Assembly: GCA_963737655.1 (NCBI GenBank)
Contig: CAVTTN010000002.1
Location: 2,944,001 to 3,008,000, forward strand
DNA from: an uncultured Planctomycetota bacterium
GTDB lineage: Bacteria > Planctomycetota > Planctomycetia > Isosphaerales > Isosphaeraceae
Reading direction: 5' to 3'
DNA length: 64,000 nt
Below are positions 45,001 through 56,233 of the stretch, in pieces; the first letter of the stretch is position 1, and each line of letters starts with the position of its first letter. The position numbers and the translations under genes were made by a program. The notes under the pieces were generated by a model, which saw nothing but the letters and a program-made list of their open reading frames with translations, ran no database searches and was not told the DNA's origin.

Positions 45001-48000
45001 GCAACTCGTCGATCGCGAGCAACTCCGGGGGGGACGAGGCGGGCGAGGCGATCGGGGCGACCCTCTTCACCGCGGGCACGTCGGCCCAGGTCCGCGACGG
45101 CGCGTTCCTGAAGGCCGGGGGGGACGTCGGCGTCCACGCGATTGACCACCTGGTCGTCACGGCGAACGTCGGCAACATCTCCGGCGGCTTCGTCGCCGTG
45201 GGCGCCTCGGTCGCGATCGTGAACATCCACAGCCATGTCGAGGCGACGATCGGGAAGGACGTGGAGATCGACGCGCAGGGGGACGTCTCGGTCACCGGCC
45301 TTCTCGTGAAGGACCACGTCGGCTTCACGATCCTCGCCGGCTCCGTAGGCGTGGCGGCCCTCGGGGCGCAGGTGGTCCTGGTCCACGACGACAGCACCCA
45401 GGACGCCTCGATCGGCGAGGACTCGACGATCATCGACGCCGCGAGCGTCCTGGTCGACGCCGCCGCGAACCGGGACGTCGATGGCACGACGCTCGACGCC
45501 AAGATCGGCGGCCTGGCCGTCGGCGTGACCTACGTGGACATCTCTTTGACGGGCTCGACGGCCGCCTCGATCGGCGACGGCGTCCACATCGGCGGCGCGA
45601 ACGGGCGGAGTCCGGTGGGGGACGTCTCGGTCCTGGCCGTCGGGATCAACACCGCGAAGGACGACGCCTTCGCCGTGACGGCCGGGGCGATCAGCGGGGC
45701 CGGGCAGCACGTCTCGGAGGGCATCACGCCGAGCGTCTCGGCGACCGTCGGGAGCGGGGTCGACATCGAAGTCGGCGGCTCGATCCTCGTCGACGCGGTC
45801 TCGTCCGGGGACGCATCGGCCCACCTGTTCAACGCGACCATCGGCGTGATCGCCGTGACCGTGATGACGTCCGACGTCACGGTCTCGCCGACGGTCGTGG
45901 CGGCGGTCGGCCCGGCCACCCTGCTCCAGGCCGGCGGCTCGATCGACGTGGCCGGCTCGCACGACTTCGGCCCGAACGGGGCGCTGACGTCCCTCGGGGC
46001 CCACGCGATGAGCCAGGCCCCGGGCGGCGGCGGGATCACCGGCACAGGCGTCGCCCCCCAGGCGATCGCCGACGCCACGGTCGTCGCCTCGGTCGCCGAC
46101 GGGACGGCCCTCAAGGCCGGCGATCGGGTCTCGGTGACGTCCTCGCTCTCGAACAATGCCGACGCCCAGAGCGATTCGGCGTCGCTCGGGGCCCTGGGCG
46201 TGGGCGTGAGCCTCGCCACCGCCGAGGCCGACGGCTCCTCGACCGCCCGGCTCGATGGCGACGTCCTCCAGGCGGGCGACGTCCGGGTCGTGTCGCTCGG
46301 GTCGAACCACGCGGACGCCGAGGCCACCGCCGTGGGGGCCTCCGGGGTGATGTCGGCCGAGGGGGCGTCCGCCTCCGCCGACGCCTCGCCCGTCCTCCTG
46401 GCGAGGATCGGCGGCGGGCCCGGCGGATCGATCGTCCACGCGGGAGGGGACGTCCAGGTCTCGTCCGCGTCCGCGTCCCACGCCTCGGCGGTCGGGCATT
46501 CCGTCGCCATCGGCGGCCTGTTCTCGCTGGGCCTGGTCGCCAGCGACGCGAAGGTCGATCCGAAGGTCTCCGCCACGGTCGGCGGGGGATCCACGATCAC
46601 CACGCCGGGCGGCTCGATCGACGTCTCGGCGTCGCACGACTCGGGCCCGGGGCCCTGGCCAGGGCGTCCGCCCCGGGGGGCGGCCTGGCGGGCTTCAACG
46701 GGGCCTCCCCCACGGCCGACGCCTCGGCGATCGTCACGGCGAGCGTGGCCGAGGGGGCGACCCTGGACGCCGGCGGGGACGTCGCGATCACCGCCACTTC
46801 AAATAACGAGGCGACCACCGTGGCCTCGTCGTTCACCATCGGGATCGTCTCCTCGTTCGGCACGTCGGTGGCCACCGCCACGGCGGACGGGCAGACCTCG
46901 GCCCTCCTCGACGGCGACGTGACCGGGGGCCTGGACCTGGCCGTCCTCGCCTCGGGGACGAACGTCGCGGGGACGAACGCCGAGGCCGTCGGCGGCGGGC
47001 TCGTCGCGGGCAACGGGGCGATCAGCACCGCGACGGCGGCCCCCGTGAACCTCGCGAGGATCGGCGACGACTCGGCCCCGTCCCATGTCTCCGTCCTGGT
47101 CGACGTGACCCTCGGGGCCTCGTCGATCGCGACCGCCGAGAGCCACGGGGTGGCCGTGACCGGCGCCCTGGCGATCGGGATCGGCGTGGTCCTGTCGACC
47201 GCGACGACCACGCCCACGACCACGTCCTCCGTCGGGGCGTTCTCCTCCATCGACGCGATGCGAGGCTCGATCGACGTCTTCGCCCATCACAACATCGACG
47301 ATCGCCCCGGGGCCGTGGCCACGGCGCAGGCCCCCGGGTTCAGCGGGGCGGCCTCGGCGAACGGGGCGGTCCCGACGGCGACCAGCACGGCGACCACCCG
47401 CTCCCTCGTGGCCCATCGCTCGAAGCTCTCGGCCGGGCGGGACGTCACGATCGACTCGGTCGCCACCGGGGGCGCCTCGTCCACGGCCGACGCCCTCTCG
47501 GGCGCGTTCGGTGTGGCCTTCGGCGCCTCGATCGTCCACGCCACCTCCAACGGGACGACCCGGACGATCATGGACGGCCTGATCACCGATGCGCAGGACG
47601 TCACGATCGGCGCCGAGGCCACCGATGCCGTCGTCGCCGACGGCGCCTCGGCTTCGTTCGGGGTGCTCGCCGGGCTCTCGGGCGTCCTGGTCGACGCGAC
47701 CCTCCTACCGACGACGGTCGCCCGTGTGGGCGATTCCTCCGCGTCGGGGGCGATCGTCGCCGAGAAGGACGTCCTGGTCCGGGCGACTGCGCTCGACACC
47801 TCGAAGGCGACGGCCCACGCCGAGGCCGGCGGGGCGCTCGGGTTCGGGCTGGCCTCGGCCACCGCGACGGCCTCGCCCGAGGTGGGCGCGGTCCTCGGCG
47901 ATGGCTCCTCGATCGGCACCCTCGGCTCGATCACCATCGTCGCGGACCTGGATCTCCCCCACGTCGGCGAGACCGCAGGGGCCTCCGCCCAGTCGCCCGG

Positions 48001-51000
48001 CGCCGGCCTGGTCTCAGGCGACGGCGCCCTGGCCGATGCCGAGGCAAAGCCGCACGTGTACGCCCTGGCCGACACGCTCTCGACCCTGACCGCGGGGTCG
48101 GAGGTCAGCGTGATCGGGAGGTCGAGGACGCTCAGCGACGCCTCCACCGACGCCGTCTCGTTCGGCCTCGCCGCGATCGGGGCGGCCGTGGCCTCCGCCG
48201 AATCGAGCGCCCAGACCTCGGCCTCCGCGCTGGGGAAGACCGTGGATGGCGGGTCCCTGCTCGTCTCCTCGGCGGGACGGGACGTCTCCTCCTCGACCGC
48301 CCAGGCCACGACCGGCGGGTTCCTGCTCTCGCTCGACGGGGCGGCGGCGAAGGCGATCGTGAACCCGTCCTCGACGGCGACCCTGGGCGCCGACGACGGG
48401 TCCTCGACGGCCATTCTGAACGGTCCCGCCTCCGTGACGGCCCACGAGACGGCCTCCGCCGACGCGAAGGGCGGCAGCTCCTCGCTGGGCGGGTTTGCGG
48501 CCGTGGGCCTGGTCTCGACCCATGCGGACGTGACCCCGACGATCGACGCCGGGCTCGGCTCGGGGACGACCTTGAAGACCACGGGGGGCGACGTCGTCGT
48601 CTCCGCGACCTTCGACGACGGGGCCGGCGGGTCGACCGCTTCGGCCGACGGGACGACGCTCAGCGGGGGGATCAGCGCGATCAGCACGGCCGCCGAGGCG
48701 ACGGTCGCCCCGGTCGTGACGGCCCACGGCGGTCCCGGGGCGACGGTGAACGCGGGAGGGGCCGTCACGTTCCTGGCGGACTCGAAGGAGGACGCCTCCG
48801 CCAGGTCCGGCGAGCTGGCCGGCTCGCTCTTCCTGGCCGTCGGCGGCTCGGGCGCCACGACGACCCTGGGCGGATCGACGAAGGCGAGCGCCGACGGACT
48901 GGCCGAGCTGCTCGCCGCGGGCCCCCTGGAGGTCCGGGCGAATGACGCCGGGTCCGCGAACAGCCATGCGACGGCCCTCGGCGGCGGGCTATTCGTCGGC
49001 GCCTCGGGGGCCTCCGCCTCCGCCACCACCAACCGCCAGGTCGGGGCCGTCCTCGGGGCGTTCCTGGTCCTCGCCGACTCGGTGGGCATCGATGCGTCGG
49101 CCGACGACAGGGCCATGACTCTGGCCGACGGAGTGGCCGTTGGCGGCCTCGGCGCGGTCGGGACGTCCGCCGCCACCTCGATCGCGAACACGACCGTCCT
49201 AGCCTCGCTCGATGACGACACCTCGATCGACACCCCCGGCGTCCTCCTCGTCGACGCGACCGGCGCGAACGAGGCGGACGGCACCGCCAACACCAGCGCG
49301 GGCGGGTCCGTCGGCGTCGACGCGACCCACGTCGCCCTGATCGGGACGATCGACGTCCGCGCCAACCTCGGCAAGGGAAGCTTCGTCCACGCCCTGGAGA
49401 TCGGCGTGGCGGCGGACTCGACCAACGACGCGAACGGGTTCGCCGACGGCCAGGCCGGCGGGCTCGTCGGGGCGGGATCGCAGAAGACATTCGCCGACCT
49501 CTACGACACCACGGTGGCCGACGTGGGCGACGCGACGAAGGCCGACCCGACCTTCCTTCAGGGCACCTTCGGGATCGCGATCACGGCCCACGGCAAGAGC
49601 GACGGGATCGCCGACACCGTCGGCGGCAACGGCGGGCTCCTCGGGTCGGGCGGCGGGGCGCAGGGCGAGTTCCTGATCCACTCGCCGACGGTCACGGCCC
49701 GGGTCGGGGACGAGGCCCACCTCGTCACCCTGGGCGACCTGACCATGACGGCCTCCGACGACCTCACCCCCTACGCCCACACCGACCAGCACGGCGCGGG
49801 AGGGATCTCGACCCAGGAGGCCTCCTCCGACGCCGAGGTCCTCGGCGAGGCCCTGCTCGTCGAGATCGGCCGGGACGTGGAGGCGGACGTCCAGTCGCTC
49901 TTCGCCCAGGCCCGGCAGGCGGACGTGGACGTGATCGCCTATGCGATCTCCGACGTCCCGGTCGCGGCCGCCGGGTTCAGCCATGCGTACGCGACGGCCA
50001 ATGCCTACACCTCGTCCACCGTCCACATCGCGGCCGGGGTGACGATCGACGCCACGTCCGGCGTGATCCTCGACGCCTCGGGACCCAACAACACCTTCAC
50101 CAGCGCGTATGCCGAGGCCGACGTGGTCGGCATCCCGATCCCCGTGGCCTCGGCGGAGGCCACGAGCGAGAAGCACAGCACGGACTGCGTGATCGTCGAT
50201 GCCTCGGCCACGATCACCACCCCGACGCTCGACATCAACGCCGGGGCCAGCCCGCCGCTCGGCCCGGATGACGGCTATTCCAAGGGGACCCACACGAACG
50301 TCGATGGCGTGAAGAGCGACGGGACGACCGGGCCGGGCTCGCAGACGAATTTCGCCTGCGTGGACCTGAACGCCGACCTCTTCTTCGACCCCGCCTCGTC
50401 CCACACCCTCCTGCTCGGGTCGCAGGGCCTGATCGCCGACTCCACCGGCCTCCTGATCGAGGACGGGGACGGCCTGAAGTCCATCGGGGACACGCTCACC
50501 GGCCCGTTCACCGTCCACACGCAGAAGAGCAAGAAGTCCGGCGGGACGCTGAAGGTCCACGCCACCGACGGCCAGACGATGGGGCATTCGACGATCCACT
50601 ACAACCCGTTCGGCAGCCTGGAGCTGCTCAACGGCACCTTCTTCCCGATGACCATCACCGGCCTGGACACCTTCGATAACACGCCGACCGACATCGTCCA
50701 CGAGGGCGACCCCTCGATGCTGGATTGGACTTACGACCTCGTCTCCCGGCCCGCACCCACCACGGTGACCATCGACAGCTTCGACCCGGGGAACATCATC
50801 CTCGCCGGGCCGATCGTGGCCCCGACGGCCGACGTCTCGATCTCGGTGGGCCACGGGGACCTCGTCGTCTCCCCGCCCGCGACCTCGGGCGCGCCGGACC
50901 CGACGATCCTGGCCAGGTCGCTCTCGATCGACGTCCCGTCCGGGGCGATCGGCGACGCCACCCGTCGCCTGGGCGTCGAGTTCGCCGCCGACGCGAGCGG

Positions 51001-52681
51001 CACCTCGGGCTTCGGCCACGTCTCCGCGGATCGCGGGGCTTTCCTCAACACGACGTTCGGCGCGGTCGCCGGTCCGGCGGACTTCTCGATCGGCGACATC
51101 CACTCGGCCTCGGGTCCGGTGGACGTGGCGATCGGCGACGGCGAGGCCGGCACCGCTCTCACCCCGACGGATGCGAGGTGGCATGTCGGAGCGATCGACT
51201 CCGGCACGTCCGACGTCACGCTCCGATTCGGCCAGGACCGGAGCCTGGAGAACGACGTGATCCTGGAAGGAGCGATCCGGGCCCCCCTGGGCCATGTGAC
51301 GGTCCAGACGGCGAACGGCGAGATCACGTCGTCGGGTCCCGGCCAGGTGATCGGCGCCCTCGGGATCGCCCTGGACGGGTCGGCCATCGGGACCCACGAG
51401 TCGCCGATCCTGATCGACATGACCCCTCCCGCGACCGACCCGACCGGCGGCCCGGCGCCCTCCGGGGTCCTCGACGGCCTCGCGGGGGACCGAGGCGGGT
51501 TCTTCGCCCGATCGATCGGCGGGCCGATCCGGGTCGGCGACATCCAGGCCCCCCGCGCCGGGGACGTCGAGCTGACGAGCACCGACACCCCGGAGCCGGG
51601 CGACGACATCACGCTGGCCACGAGCCTGGGCCGGATCTCCGCCCCCCACGGGAACGTCGTCCTCGACGCCGGGGATGATTTCTTCCTCGCCGACGGCGAC
51701 TCGATCCAGGCGCTGGGCGACGTGACCATCCGGGGCGACGTCGGCGATGCCGACCCCGGAGTCGGCTCGATCATGGAGATCGACGGCGACATCGCCGGCG
51801 CCACGCTCCTGGTCTTCGGGGGGGCGGACGGCGATTCCGTGGCCCTCCGGAAGCTCGCGGCCGGCCTCTCCGCGACGATCGCGACCGGCGAGGGGGACGA
51901 CTCGATCTTCGTCGGGTCGATGGCCACGGCCACGCCCGACGCCCCGGGCCGTCCGGTGTCCGTGAAGAACGGCGGCGACCTCCAGAGCATCCTCGGGTCG
52001 CTGACGGTCGACGCCGGGCCCGCCACGTGGGCCGCGGGCGGACACGATCGCCTGGTCCTGGAGGCCGACGGCGACCGCCAGGGCAGACAGGTCTCGATCG
52101 ACGGCCGGACGGTCGCCGGGCTGACCGGCGGACGCCTCCCCGATCGGGGCGGGCCGGGCTACGGCTTCAACCCGATCACTTATCTGAATATCGAGGCCCT
52201 GGATATCCTGCTGGGAAAGGGCGATGATACGATTGACCTGACGGCGATCGACCCCGAGACGGCGACCACGATCGACGGCGGCGATGGCGACGACCTGTTC
52301 CGGGTCGGAGCCATCGGCTCGACCGATGCGACGGTGCCCTCTCCGGTCCTCCTGGGCGGTCCGGGCTCGAACACGATCCAGGGGCCCGACTCGAACAACG
52401 CCTGGAGGATCATCGGGGTCGATGGCGGTGTGGTCGCCGGCCCGAACGCCTTCTCCTTCGGCTCGATCGGGAGCCTGAAGGGCGGCCGGCTCGACGACGT
52501 CTTCGCCTTCGACGACGGGGCGACGCTGGACGGCTCGATCGACGGCGGGGCCGGCACCAACGCCCTGGACTATTCCCTGTACACGACCCCGGTCGAGGTC
52601 GACCTGGCGGCCGGGACGGCGACCGGCGTCGCCGGCGGGGTGGCGAACATCACGTCGGTGGTCTACCCGAAGAAGAAATGA
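33014..52681 (+). CDS. giant secreted beta-rich repeat protein (adhesin/haemagglutinin-like, C-terminal RTX-like repeats), ~6,500 aa; frameshifts near 36130, 38045 and 46650
   Basis: basic leader then 'IEALESRTLLA' export motif; continuous Ala/Gly/Ser/Thr/Val-rich sequence across ORFs 32900..36172, 36142..38058, 38067..46922, 46745..52681; 'IDGGDGDDLF' and 'IDGGAGTNALDYS' at the C-terminus. Confidence 0.85.
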
Positions 52682-52782
52682 ACATCCCCCGGATGCCGTC
52701 GGGTTGGCCCGACGGCATCCGGGACGAGCAGCGTCCCCCGTGCCCAGACCCGGCTCCTCGCCCATCCAGGAAGGGAAATCTC

Positions 52783-53619
52783 ATGCCTCTGGCAATCGAC
52801 CGACGGCCCGTGCGCCTCGCCCTCCTCGCCATCGCAGCGACCCTCGGCGGGGCGGCGAGGGCCGACACGATCGACGTGGCGGTGCTCTACGCGGACGTCG
52901 ACTTCCCCGCGGGGAATAACTCGGTGGAGGGCCTCCAGGCGAAACTCCTGGCCACCGGCCTCTTCGGCAATGTCGACCTGATCTCGGTCAGCGACCCGGG
53001 CAGCACGCCCTCGCTCGCGACCCTGAATCACTACGCCTCGGTCCTCTCCTACACGAACTACCCGCTCGACGACCCGACGGCGCTGGGCGACGTCCTGGCC
53101 GATTACGCCGATGGGGGCCGGGGGGTCGTCCTGGCGGCCTACGGCCTGGGGGACGCCTCGGTCCCGTTCGGGTCCACCGGGTTCGCGGGCCGGATCACGA
53201 CGCCCGGCTACTCCCCTCTGGTCGTCTCGGGGGACCTCTCGGACCTCGACGGCGCCCTGACGGCCCTGGTCCCGGGCGACCCGGTCTTCGCCGGGGTCGA
53301 TCTGGCGGGGCTGACGTACTACCACGACGCCTCGTTCGGCATGCCCGCGCTCGACGCCGGGGCGACCCTCCTCGCGACCGACGGTTCCGGCGTGAACCTA
53401 CTCGCCCGGAGCGCCAGCGGCCGGGTGATCGGGCTGAACCTGTTCCCCGGCACCGACCCGGCCGGGAACAACGACGCCTTCTATGCCCTCCTGGGCAACA
53501 CCCTGAAGGACGTGGCGCCGGTCCAGGCCGTGCCCGAGCCGGCGTCCCTCACTCTGATCGGCCTGGGCGCCGCAGGCCTACTCGCCCGTGCCCCGATCCG
53601 CCGGCGGCGGCCTGTCTGA
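52783..53619 (+). CDS. PEP-CTERM sorting-domain protein
   Basis: signal peptide ending 'AARA'; C-terminal 'AVPEPASLTLIGLGAAGLLARAPIRRRR'. Confidence 0.9.
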   Translation: MPLAIDRRPVRLALLAIAATLGGAARADTIDVAVLYADVDFPAGNNSVEGLQAKLLATGLFGNVDLISVSDPGSTPSLATLNHYASVLSYTNYPLDDPTALGDVLADYADGGRGVVLAAYGLGDASVPFGSTGFAGRITTPGYSPLVVSGDLSDLDGALTALVPGDPVFAGVDLAGLTYYHDASFGMPALDAGATLLATDGSGVNLLARSASGRVIGLNLFPGTDPAGNNDAFYALLGNTLKDVAPVQAVPEPASLTLIGLGAAGLLARAPIRRRRPV

Positions 53620-54109
53620 AGCCAAGGAGGTCCCCCCGGGCCGGTTCGGTGCGGGGTGTCCCCGGCCGAGAAGAGGGACGCCCCCGGAAATCATGAGACC
53701 CCGTTCTCCGCCTGGGGTTCCTCCGAAGGATTTCAAGGGCCCGCGTCCCCTGGGGACGCGAGCCCTTTCCTGTTGGCGGCGTGCGGCCTGGGGCCGGGCG
53801 GGATCGGGTTTTACAGCCCCTCCGGTTCACGAGACCCAACCAACGCGGTGCGGCCGACCGCCACCGCCCCCGTCCTCCTCCCCGTCCCGACCGGTCCGGG
53901 CCGGGAAAGGGGGATGGAGGACGGCCGGAGGCCGCGCCGTGCTGGCGGATCTCAGGCGCCCGAGGGGACCGTCCAACTGCATCGATTTTCATAAATTTAA
54001 TATGAAATAAAATTTTAACTATGCTTGCAAGCATTACATGATCTTGATCCGATCGTGAATCTCCCGGGAGTGACGTAACCGGGCGTCCCCCCAAGGATCG
54101 AGCCGCCGG

Positions 54110-54900
54110 GCCGTCGCCAGGGCCCCGCCCAGTCCGATGCCCGGCTCCCGTCCGAGGAGGTCGGAGCGGTTTCGGAGCACGTCGCCGAGGGCCGCGGCAT
54201 CCGCCAGACCGGCCGGCTCCACCGGCTCGCCCTTAATATCGTCAACAGGTACGGCCGGATCGCAGGCGGGCACGCCCGAGCCACCCTTGACGAACTCGCG
54301 GCGCCTCCCCCCGACGACCGAGGTCCACTCCGATGAGGAGCGAACCCTAGTCGCCAAGAAGAAGGAGGCTGACTGCGACCGCACCGACCCGGCCGACGAC
54401 CACAAGGGAGATAACTGGGACCACGTCGGCTCGGGCACGGAGCACAAGCTGGTCGTCGCCGTCGTGCCGGGGGCGAGGGCCGTCGAGGACCTCGTCGCCG
54501 ACTTCCGCCACCGGACCGGGGGCCGGGTCAGGGGCCCGATGACCAGCGACGACCATCCGCCCAAAAGACGGCGGCCCTCCGCGCCGACAGCGAGACGGTC
54601 ACGCCGCCCCGAACCGGGGGCCGGTGTGGCCCAAGGCCCCGTACCAGGCCGTGCCGTCGGGCCTGACGTTACGCGACGGTGGCCGAGCGGCGTGAGAAGG
54701 GCCAGGTGGTCGAGGCCGGCACGCCGGAGGTCTTCGGGACCGTGGCGGCGGTGCTCCTGGCCTTGGGGGTGTCGATGGTGAGCCGGGCGGTCGTCGCGGC
54801 GGTCGTGGAGCGGGAGGACGGGACGGCCCGGCACCGCGACGCGTAAGGCCGGAGGGCCTCTCGGTTCTCGAAGGGCTGGCGCCATCACCAGGCGGTCACC
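54110..54900 (+). pseudogene. degenerate IS1-like transposase (planctomycete type), truncated at the IS5 boundary
   Basis: fragments 'DARLPSEEV..V.EHVAEG.GIRQTGR', 'EVHSDE...VAKK...D..DPADDHKGD.WDHV...EHKLVVAVVPGAR', 'RFSK.WR.H.A.T' in shifting frames with stops. Confidence 0.65.
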
Positions 54901-54903
54901 TAA

Positions 54904-55847
54904 GAAACTATCTCAGAACCCAAGGCCATTCGGCTTCGTAACTTGAGGTGTAGAGGTCACCTCAGGAGAAGCAGCCGTGGGACGGACGAAGCGTCAGATC
55001 AAGCCTCTGGAGACCATCTGGGAGGTCCCCGACCGCCTCTGGCGGAGGATCGAGCCGATCCTCCTGGAGGACGCCCCTCCGCCGCCCAAGGAGCACGGCG
55101 GCCGGCCCCGCATCGACTTCCGGGCCGCCTTCAACGGGATCATCTTCCGCCTCCGCAGCGGATGCCAGTGGAACCGGTTGCCCAAAGAGTTCGGCGACGA
55201 CAGCTCGGTGCACCGATGGTTCCAGCGGTGGTGCAGGAACGGCGTCTTCGAGAAGGTGTGGGCCGTGCTGGTCGGGGAGTGTGAGGAGCTCGGGGCGGTC
55301 CAGTGGAAGTGGCAGGCGGCCGACGGGATGCTGGGCAAGGCCCGGTTCGGGGGGGGAAAAGACGGGCAAGAACCCCACCGATCGGGGCAAGAAGGGGACC
55401 AAGAAGAGCGTGCTGGTCGATCAGGACGGCGGCCCGCTGGGGGCGACGATCGCCGGGGCCAACGTCCCCGATTGCAAGCTGCTGGATGAGACGATCGAGG
55501 CCGTGGTGGTCGATCGGCCCGATCCCGAAAAGGTCGAGCAGAACCTCTGCCTGGACGCCGGGTACGACAACCCGAGTGGGCGTGCGGCGGTCGAGAAGCA
55601 TGGCTACGTCGGCCACATCCGCCCGGTGTACGAGGACCGGCGGCCGAAGAGGAGGCGGGGTCGTCGCAAGGCCCGCCGCTGGGTCGTCGAGCGGACGCTG
55701 TCCTGGCTGTCGAGGTGCCGGGCGTTGTTGGTCCGCTACGACAAGCATGCGGAGAACTACCTGGGCCTGCTCCAGTTGGCCTGTGGCCTGCTCTGGTATC
55801 GCAGGCTTCACAGACTCAAGGCTGCATGACGGTTCTGAGATAATTTC
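54904..55847 (+). mobile_element. IS5-family insertion sequence
   Basis: 17-bp TIRs GAAACTATCTCAGAACC / GGTTCTGAGATAATTTC, TAA on both flanks. Confidence 0.9.
54977..55829 (+). CDS. IS5-family transposase, two ORFs joined at a G8A4 run (55349-55360)
   Basis: 'GIIFRLRSGCQW..LP..FG..S.VHRWFQRW', 'NPTDRGKKGTK', 'LDAGYD', 'RWVVERT.SWL'. Confidence 0.9.
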
Positions 55848-55850
55848 TAA

Positions 55851-56233
55851 GTTCGCACGACTCCCGCCACGCCTTGCGAATCTCGGAACCGGCCTTTTCT
55901 AGCACAGCCTCAGTTAGTGGTGTTTTCCCACTTCACGAGGTCTTCGATGATTTTGAACAGCCGGGCGAGATTCTTGGTCCAGTGACCCTTCGCATGAATG
56001 TTGGGCTCGACGCCGGAGTTCTGACAGCGCCACAGATCCTCGGGATCGTGGACGAGTTGGGCGAAGATGACAGCCCTAGCCGTAGCCACCGGAGGTTGCG
56101 CCCACCATTTATGAAAAGAGGTCGGATATCCTCCTGGTGCTTTTCGCTTCCTGCGAGCGCATTCTTCGTTTATGGAGTCGAGGGGCAGGGCGACCTCGAT
56201 GAGCTTCTTGGGGGAGATCACGCCGTCGGTCAT
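55851..56233 (-). pseudogene. DUF1156 (adenine methyltransferase-associated) N-terminal fragment, cut by IS5
   Basis: '[13 protein letters not shown]....R', '[20 protein letters not shown]', 'LF.IIE.LVKWENT'; shifted frame 'EAVLEKAGSEIRKAWRESCEL' runs to the IS end. Confidence 0.8.

Noticed and set aside
33014..52681. CDI/two-partner toxin or autotransporter
   Set aside because: I see no TpsB partner, VENN-type or toxin domain, immunity gene or beta-barrel C-terminus. The downstream gene is a PEP-CTERM protein.
33569..52765. Long antisense ORFs (e.g. 39924..44681, 49199..52765, 36642..39902)
   Set aside because: These are shadow frames of the GC-rich giant gene with no recognisable motifs.
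53656..53994. Possible degenerate second PEP-CTERM-like gene
   Set aside because: The resemblance ('NAVRPTATAPVLL') is faint, with no PEP motif, TM segment or signal peptide.
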